Part shown: piece by piece, positions 43,489 through 49,479 of the stretch
Layout of the letters: each line of letters starts with the position of its first letter
Numbering within the stretch: the stretch's first letter is position 1
Source of the DNA: Candidatus Micrarchaeota archaeon
Lineage (GTDB): Archaea > Micrarchaeota > Micrarchaeia > Micrarchaeales > CABMGC01
Direction: 5' to 3'
Length of the DNA: 49,479 bases
Assembly: GCA_021803945.1 (NCBI GenBank)
Contig: JAJZKW010000006.1
Location: 1-49,479 of the forward strand
Translations under genes and position numbers: made by a program
Notes under the pieces: model-generated
Told to the model about the DNA's origin: nothing
Databases searched by the model: none
Seen by the model: only the letters and a program-made list of their open reading frames with translations

Positions 43489-43725
43489 ATGGGAATCGAA
43501 GATATCGTCGTAGGTGAGACCTACGACATGCGAATCGCGGCAAAGGACCCCCGGGGCGAGGGGATTGGAAGGATAAATGATGTGGTGGTCTTCATGAAGA
43601 ACACCAAGCCAAGGCTTGGCAAGATATACAAAGTGAGGATAACCAATGCTCACAAGACCTTCGCGTATGCAGAACCGATTGACAACAGCAAGCCTTTTAT
43701 AGGTAACGGGACTTTAATATTATAG
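43489..43725 (+). CDS. TRAM-domain RNA-binding protein
   Basis: VGETYDMRIAAKDPRGEGIGRINDVVVFMKNTKPRLGKIYKVRITNAHKTFAYAEPI matches the stand-alone archaeal TRAM pattern. Confidence 0.8.
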   Translation: MGIEDIVVGETYDMRIAAKDPRGEGIGRINDVVVFMKNTKPRLGKIYKVRITNAHKTFAYAEPIDNSKPFIGNGTLIL

Positions 43726-43779
43726 ACTAACACAACATCTTTTAGTCATTATTTTTATTCCCTAATCATAGGTGTACTA

Positions 43780-44415
43780 ATGGTGGATAGAGACTTCTAC
43801 GAAAATATAAAGAAGGGGACAACGACTGTCGGGATAGTCTGCAGCGACGGAGTGGCCATGGGCGCAGACTCACGCGCTACGATGGACACGTTCATATCGA
43901 GCTCCGAGGCGGTCAAGATATACCACATAAACGACGGCCTTGCGATGACAATCGCCGGAGGCGTAGGAGACGCAGAGTACCTGGTCAAGCTCCTGAAGAT
44001 GCAGGACGAGATGTACACGATGGAGGAGAAGAAGCCGCTGACGCCAACTTCGGCCACATCACTCCTCTCGCTCATCCTGCAGGAGAACAAGGGCTTCCCG
44101 TTCTACGTCCAGCTGGTGCTAGGAGGGCTCAACAAGAATGCTCACGAGATATACAACATAGACCCTGTCGGAGGCTATACTAAGGAATCGAGGTTCACCT
44201 CGACCGGGAGCGGATCGCTGACAGCCCTGGGATACCTGGAAGGCATATACGAAAGCAGCATAACGACGCAGGAGGCGGTGAAGCACATAGCAAAGGCGCT
44301 GAAGATAGCGATGAAGAGGGACTCAGCAACGGGGGACAGCACGAAGATAGTGACAATAACCAAGAAGGGCTTCAAGGACTACACGAAGGAAGAGATGGAG
44401 AAGCTCCTCAAGTGA
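43780..44415 (+). CDS. psmB: proteasome subunit beta
   Basis: Propeptide followed by GTTTVGIVCSDGVAMGADSRAT (catalytic Thr), then GSGS...A. Confidence 0.95.
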   Translation: MVDRDFYENIKKGTTTVGIVCSDGVAMGADSRATMDTFISSSEAVKIYHINDGLAMTIAGGVGDAEYLVKLLKMQDEMYTMEEKKPLTPTSATSLLSLILQENKGFPFYVQLVLGGLNKNAHEIYNIDPVGGYTKESRFTSTGSGSLTALGYLEGIYESSITTQEAVKHIAKALKIAMKRDSATGDSTKIVTITKKGFKDYTKEEMEKLLK

Positions 44416-44478
44416 TGCGGCATAATAACGCTTAATTTTCTTTTTCAATTTTTGGGATAGTACGCATTTTGTGATATA

Positions 44479-46419
44479 TTGAGCGACGAAGAGTACAACA
44501 AGGAGATACTGGAGAAGGTAAGCGGCTTGATCCCAAGCGACGCCGAACTGTCCAGCGTGGAGTTCGAGGGGCCCGATGTGGCAGTCTACGTCAATAACAT
44601 AGGCGCCATATACAGGGACGAGGGCATAATCAAGAACATCTCTGCGTCGGTGAAGAAGAGGCTCATAGTCAGGAGCAATCCCTCGAAGCTGATGGAGCCA
44701 GAGGAGGCGCTCCAGAAGATAAAGCTGATCATACCCGCAGATGCAGGCGTGCAGCCGGAAGGCATAAGGTTCATGCCCGATTTCTCCGAGGTCTATATAG
44801 AGGCGCTCAAGCCCGGCCTTGTAATAGGCAAGGGCGGATCCACGCTAATGCAGATAATAAGGGAGACGAACTGGGTACCGCGCGTCCTGAGGCAGCCGAC
44901 AATGAACAGCGATGTCATAAAAGGCGTCAGGCAGCTGATGTTCAAGGAGAGCGCCTTCAGGAAGAAATTCCTGGGATCGCTGGGAAGGAAGATAAACAGG
45001 ATAAATACAAAGAGCGAATGGGTCAAGGCCACGGCACTTGGAGGGTTCAAGGAAGTCGGGAGGAGCAGCCTGCTGATAGAGACCAACCACTCAAAGATAC
45101 TCATAGACTGCGGGATAAGCCCTGAGCCCGGGATAAAGGGCGGTGACGCCAACACCGGAGGGGAGAACAAGGCCTATCCATACCTAGACAGCATGAACAT
45201 AACGATAAACGACCTCGACGCGGTAATACTAACCCACGCGCACATGGACCACATGGGGTTCGTGCCTTACCTCTTCAAGTTCGGCTACACCGGTCCGGTA
45301 TACTGCACTCCTCCCACAAGGGATCTCGCAGCCCTGCTCCTGTACGATTACAACAAGCTCGTGATGAAGACAGGGGGCACGCCACTCTACGGGGAGAAGG
45401 ACATAAAGACAATGCTCATGCACATGGTCACCAGGGACTACGGCGAGGTCACAAACGTGACAGACGAGATAAAGCTCACGTACCATAACGCAGGCCACAT
45501 ACTCGGAAGCGGCACTGTGCACCTGCACATAGGCGAGGGGATGTACAACATAGTGAGCACAGGGGACATGAAATACGGGTTCACGAGGCTGCTCGACGAG
45601 GCAGACACGAGATATCCAAGGATAGACTCGCTCTTCATAGAGAGCACATACGGTGGCCCGAATGACATAACGACCAACAGGAAGATGGCAGAGATAGAGC
45701 TGATGAATATAATAAAGAACACAGTGAAGAACGGAGGCAAGGTGATGGTGCCCCTCTTCGCCGTGGGAAGGAGCCAGGAGCTGATGCTGATCCTGGAGAG
45801 CTACATGACCAACAATCCAGAGTACAAGCTTGACGTTCCCATCTACCTGGACGGCATGATACTGGAGGCAAGCGCAATACACACTGCATATCCCGAGTAC
45901 CTGAGGATGGGCGTGCAGCAGAGGATACTGAGCAACAACTCCCCGTTCGAGAGCGAGATATTCGAGATCGCCAAGGGGGAGAGGGGAGATATACTGGACA
46001 AGGGGCCGTCTGTCATACTTGCAAGCGGCGGAATGCTGAACGGAGGAGTAAGCCTCGAATACTTCAAGGCCATGGCAGAGGACCCGAAGAATGCCGTAAT
46101 ATTCGTGGGATACAACAGCGTAAGCTCGCTGGGCAGGAGGATCCAGAACAAGGCCAGCGAGATAGCTATCCCAGGCGAGGACGGGAAGATGGTGAAAAAG
46201 AAGATAAACGCGCAGATAAGGACTGTGGAGGGATTCTCAGGGCACAGCGACAGGAGGCAGCTTATGGACTTCGTAAGGAACCTCAGGCCGTCTCCAAGGA
46301 AGATATTCACCATGCATGGCGAGGAATCCAAGTGCGAAGACCTCTCAAGGTCGCTGGGAAACATGATGCGCTGCGAATCCAGGGCCCCCATGGATCTTGA
46401 CACAATAAGGTTCAAATAG
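44479..46419 (+). CDS. aCPSF1/FttA: KH-domain beta-CASP metallo-beta-lactamase ribonuclease
   Basis: N-terminal KH region (SSVEFEGPDVAVYV, GLVIGKGGSTL), MBL motif LTHAHMDHMG, and beta-CASP motifs. TTG start is required to include the conserved N-terminus. Adjacency to a proteasome subunit gene is a conserved archaeal arrangement. Confidence 0.92.
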   Translation: MSDEEYNKEILEKVSGLIPSDAELSSVEFEGPDVAVYVNNIGAIYRDEGIIKNISASVKKRLIVRSNPSKLMEPEEALQKIKLIIPADAGVQPEGIRFMPDFSEVYIEALKPGLVIGKGGSTLMQIIRETNWVPRVLRQPTMNSDVIKGVRQLMFKESAFRKKFLGSLGRKINRINTKSEWVKATALGGFKEVGRSSLLIETNHSKILIDCGISPEPGIKGGDANTGGENKAYPYLDSMNITINDLDAVILTHAHMDHMGFVPYLFKFGYTGPVYCTPPTRDLAALLLYDYNKLVMKTGGTPLYGEKDIKTMLMHMVTRDYGEVTNVTDEIKLTYHNAGHILGSGTVHLHIGEGMYNIVSTGDMKYGFTRLLDEADTRYPRIDSLFIESTYGGPNDITTNRKMAEIELMNIIKNTVKNGGKVMVPLFAVGRSQELMLILESYMTNNPEYKLDVPIYLDGMILEASAIHTAYPEYLRMGVQQRILSNNSPFESEIFEIAKGERGDILDKGPSVILASGGMLNGGVSLEYFKAMAEDPKNAVIFVGYNSVSSLGRRIQNKASEIAIPGEDGKMVKKKINAQIRTVEGFSGHSDRRQLMDFVRNLRPSPRKIFTMHGEESKCEDLSRSLGNMMRCESRAPMDLDTIRFK

Positions 46420-46459
46420 CCTGCCCTGGCAAGAAGATACCATAAACAGAGGAACTCCC

Positions 46460-47149
46460 ATGCTCTCATTGATACTGCCGATATACAACGAGTACGATAA
46501 TCTAAACAAGAACTTCGACATAATATACAGGGCTGCCAGAAAGCTCGGGAAGTTCGAGATCATACTGGCAGAGGACGGCTCAAGCGATGGATCACCAGAG
46601 TTCATAAAAAGCAGGGGAAGGCTGAGCGGGGTCAGGATCCTGACCTCTCCGAAGCGGCTAGGGCGCGGCGGAGCAATAAAAAATGCAGTCAGTATAGCAA
46701 GGGGGGAGGTGATAGGATACATGGACATAGACCTCGCAGTGCCGATAAAGTACCTTCCGCGCGCAGTCAGGCTGATAGAGGACGGAGAGAAGTTCGTCAC
46801 AGGATCAAGATACATAAAGGACTCCAGGATAGACAGGAAGTTCGACAGGCTATTCCAGAGCGTGTCCTACAATGCAATACTGAAGCTGGTCTTCAATTCC
46901 AGAGTAAATGACCACCAATGCGGGTTCAAGTTCTGGTCGTCAGGATTCATAAAGAGGATAATCCCAGAGATAAAGGACAGGCACTGGTTCTTTGATACCG
47001 AGCTGATAATAAAATCAGAACGCGAGGGCATAAGGGTGTACGAGCTGCCGGTCGAATGGAAGGAGCAGAGCTCGACAAAAGTCAGATTGTCAGACATATT
47101 CTACTTCCTTAAGTCCATAATAAGGCTCAAGACCGGGGCATACCGATAA
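46460..47149 (+). CDS. GT2-family glycosyltransferase, dolichol-phosphate hexose synthase-like (module b)
   Basis: SLILPIYNE, ILAEDGSSDGS, GYMDIDLAVP, HQCGFKFW. Its stop lies 10 nt from the stop of convergent paralog B. Confidence 0.8.
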   Translation: MLSLILPIYNEYDNLNKNFDIIYRAARKLGKFEIILAEDGSSDGSPEFIKSRGRLSGVRILTSPKRLGRGGAIKNAVSIARGEVIGYMDIDLAVPIKYLPRAVRLIEDGEKFVTGSRYIKDSRIDRKFDRLFQSVSYNAILKLVFNSRVNDHQCGFKFWSSGFIKRIIPEIKDRHWFFDTELIIKSEREGIRVYELPVEWKEQSSTKVRLSDIFYFLKSIIRLKTGAYR

Positions 47150-47159
47150 AATCAGCCTA

Positions 47160-49370
47160 TCAAGAGAACGTTATGTTCTCAACCCCGTAATCCATATACT
47201 GGTATGCGCTTTGGGTCGTATTGCGCGCATAAAAGACCACCTGGTTGAAGCCTCCATGCAGCGTGACAGCCGCAGAATAACTCTCCGGAGCGGCCGTCAG
47301 GTTAATGCCTTTGACCAGTTTCCCGTTCGCATAAAGGTACAGTTCAGAACCGACTGGAGAGAACGCATCAAAGCCGAGCGTCACTGATGCTCCAGCCGGG
47401 GAGTAGATCTCCACGCCCCTGGCATTCCCTCCGAACCACATATCCGCTATTGTCTGGTTGCACCTGGCCAGGTAGCTGCATAAAGACTGCCCAGGTATCC
47501 ATTCTCCTGCAGTATAGGCTACCGTGTATCCGGAGTTCTTGAGTATTGCTCCTCCAGCGTCGAACAGCACGACTGCCTTCCCATCATAGACCGGGGCTCC
47601 GAAAACGCTGTAAAGGTAATGATGCAGTTCGGAGTATGAGCTTTGGTTATATGCCTGCTTTATGACACCTACATACTGCACGTTGTCTTCCTGCATGAGC
47701 AGTAGGGTAAGCCTCGTGTAATTTTCGTTGATAGGGGAGGCGTAGGAGAATCCGTTCCCCATCTCAAGGTTCCCGCCCTCTATTGAAAGCGGTATGATGT
47801 ATGTGGAAAGATACTGGGTGCTGTTTTCCCTGGAGGTATATCCGCCTATCATAGGTTTCTTGAATGCAGTCTGGTAGTACATCGACTCGCCCAGGTAAAA
47901 GGCAGGCAGCGTCTGGTTCGGAGTGTCAGGCAGCAGCATGACCGTGTAGTTCTGCGTAGAGTTTCCGATGCTGTAAAATACCTTTGGGATGCTTACGTTC
48001 ATGTACCACTGCTGCGCAAGCGCATTGCTGGGCATGCCGTTGTACTCTATGAGTATGAACGCAAGGAAGAGCGCAAACAGCCAGGTCCTGGCGCGGCCTG
48101 CCGGATACCTCTTGGCAGCCGCCTCTGAAAGGTACACAAACCCGAAAGCCGCGAGCATTGCGAACCCGAGCTCTGCAATCACGTCAAACCGCCCAGGTTC
48201 CCTAAGCAGATTGAACAGCGGGATATTCGCGTATAGAAGGTATATGCCAGGAAGTCCGGTGCTGCTCCCGCCCAGTGATACGTACGGGCCTAGGGCGAGC
48301 CATGCAAAGACGATTATCACGAATAGCCACAAGAACACCATAGGGAACCTCCTGTTCCTATACTCGTTCAACACCGCAAGCGCAGAGAGGAAGAGTACGC
48401 TGTACCCTATGTAAGAGACCTTCTCGTTTATGTCCGCCTTGTATATCTGGTAATAGCCTGCAGCGACCCCGTTGAAGACCGCATTGAAAGAGCTGGGAAG
48501 GAAGAATGCAGCCAGGTCGTCGCTGAACTGCATGTTCTGGCTGATCGTGGAGACTCCGAGCGATTCGCCTACTATCCCGGAGTTCATGACAGAGCTGACT
48601 ATCTGTATCAGGAAGGGGGATCCGATTATGGCGAATATGGCAACGATCTCGCACAGCCCAATGAGGAATCTCCTGTCAAGCACCCTTTTCCTGTCGAATA
48701 CGAGCATGTAAGCCAAAAAAAGCGCGATGAAGACAGAGGTCATCACGGCCTGCAGGAGGTCCCCGGCAAATGTCAACAGGACAAAGGAGACTGCAGCCCC
48801 AAATACGTAAACCTGCTTCCTCTCATTGAAGAACATGAGGAAAAAGAGGATGAACAGCGGTATAAACTCAAGCGAAGTCCAGTTGAGATGCGCATATGCA
48901 TGGGCGATGTGGACAGGGGCGAATGCGAATATCGCGCCTGCTATGAACGCCGCGCGCCTGTCCCTTGCAAGGTAGTATGCCAGGGCATATGTGAAGAGTC
49001 CGGTCAGGACGAACCCGAGCACAAATATGGTATTGTATTCCGCAGCGAGCCCGAGGAGCTGCAGCGGAGCCCCGATTATGCCGGCCAGCGGCATGAGGTC
49101 CTGGACTACGAGGTTCGCCCCTATCGGATGGTATAGGAGGCTGGTGAAATACAGGTTCGTATGCAGCGTGAATGTGGAGTAGCCAGACCACCAGAGGTTC
49201 CACATGCTCTGATATGCGTCTCCGCTGTGCACTACCGTACTGCCAAACCCGAGCGTCACCGGCCAGAACATCACCAGCGTCATGAGCAGGTATGCCAACG
49301 AGACCAGTGCAAGGGTTTTGCGCTCAGATTTCAGGAACCTGTACATATCCGTGTCTGTTATATCGTACAC
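47160..49370 (-). CDS. 736-aa polytopic membrane protein with C-terminal exodomain, GT-C-like (paralog B); function unknown
   Basis: Collinear with paralog A over the full length, roughly 40 percent identity by eye: GDAYQSMWNLWW, HPIGANLV, FAFAPVHIAHAYAHLNWT, REPGRFD, LIEYNGMP, MIGGYTSRE, SPINEN, and terminal GVENITFS. Confidence 0.6.
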   Translation of the reverse strand: MYDITDTDMYRFLKSERKTLALVSLAYLLMTLVMFWPVTLGFGSTVVHSGDAYQSMWNLWWSGYSTFTLHTNLYFTSLLYHPIGANLVVQDLMPLAGIIGAPLQLLGLAAEYNTIFVLGFVLTGLFTYALAYYLARDRRAAFIAGAIFAFAPVHIAHAYAHLNWTSLEFIPLFILFFLMFFNERKQVYVFGAAVSFVLLTFAGDLLQAVMTSVFIALFLAYMLVFDRKRVLDRRFLIGLCEIVAIFAIIGSPFLIQIVSSVMNSGIVGESLGVSTISQNMQFSDDLAAFFLPSSFNAVFNGVAAGYYQIYKADINEKVSYIGYSVLFLSALAVLNEYRNRRFPMVFLWLFVIIVFAWLALGPYVSLGGSSTGLPGIYLLYANIPLFNLLREPGRFDVIAELGFAMLAAFGFVYLSEAAAKRYPAGRARTWLFALFLAFILIEYNGMPSNALAQQWYMNVSIPKVFYSIGNSTQNYTVMLLPDTPNQTLPAFYLGESMYYQTAFKKPMIGGYTSRENSTQYLSTYIIPLSIEGGNLEMGNGFSYASPINENYTRLTLLLMQEDNVQYVGVIKQAYNQSSYSELHHYLYSVFGAPVYDGKAVVLFDAGGAILKNSGYTVAYTAGEWIPGQSLCSYLARCNQTIADMWFGGNARGVEIYSPAGASVTLGFDAFSPVGSELYLYANGKLVKGINLTAAPESYSAAVTLHGGFNQVVFYARNTTQSAYQYMDYGVENITFS

Positions 49371-49479
49371 GCACTATTATCCGAATGGACATAATAAAAA
49401 GCTTGCTTTACGCCATCTGAAGCATATGAAATCGGGTTGTCTTTTATACGCAACAACCAAAATATGAACGCCCTGGCCG

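Noticed and set aside
41171-49370. Identifying the two ~737-aa membrane proteins as the archaeal oligosaccharyltransferase AglB/STT3
   Set aside because: No WWDYG (WWDxG) motif after the membrane domain. The only WW dipeptides are in the first loop (NLWW) and in a non-conserved C-terminal position (EWWGPN in A versus DMWFGGN in B). Left as unassigned GT-C-like proteins.
1-49479. Scan for CRISPR arrays, rRNA genes, IS elements and long direct or inverted nucleotide repeats
   Set aside because: No regularly spaced repeats, no rRNA-like conserved stretches and no transposase-like ORFs were seen. The two giant paralogs are similar only at the protein level, so they are not a nucleotide-level inverted repeat.

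Overview
Gene-dense 49.5-kb archaeal chromosomal segment with about 58 protein genes and 3 tRNA genes. I see no rRNA, CRISPR array, transposase or integrase. Archaeal origin is supported by a class I CCA-adding enzyme, a PriL-like primase subunit, the uS13-uS4-uS11 block, FtsZ-SecE, proteasome beta next to aCPSF1/FttA, an archaeal-type TyrRS and bulge-helix-bulge tRNA introns. Content and composition suggest a small-genome acidophile of the Thermoplasmata or Micrarchaeota (DPANN) kind, but that placement is inference only. Blocks from left to right: (1) tRNA-Ala, cca, Fap7-like kinase, and a PriL-like gene followed by an untracked 44-aa Cys/His mini-ORF. (2) A 10-gene nuoABCDHIJKLN operon with no nuoM and no nuoEFG. 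(3) uS13-uS4-uS11. (4) A hidden tRNA-Ser(GGA) with two introns, one in the T-loop. (5) EamA transporter and a HIT protein. (6) ubiX-ubiD-ubiA-ubiE/menG, separated from a polyprenyl synthase by two AT-rich orphan genes. (7) DUF192, P5C dehydrogenase, ScpA/ScpB and a PduO adenosyltransferase. (8) A ribbon-helix-helix-fused sugar nucleotidyltransferase facing HAD and ROK kinase genes. (9) An AT-rich patch at tRNA-Val holding a translationally coupled minimal-nucleotidyltransferase plus HD-hydrolase pair and a gene remnant. (10) Tandem-HIT protein, TyrRS, ZIP transporter and HAD. (11) FtsZ-SecE-NFACT-R, pyrophosphatase and CTP synthase. (12) A glycosylation region in which two GT2 genes, a Wzx-like flippase and two ~737-aa polytopic paralogs bracket TRAM-psmB-aCPSF1. 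The strongest candidates for something undescribed are the paired giant membrane paralogs with their GT2 partners, the NTase+HD cassette, and the double-intron tRNA. All family calls come from motif recognition by eye. No BLAST, HMM or structure search was possible, and GC statements are visual estimates.
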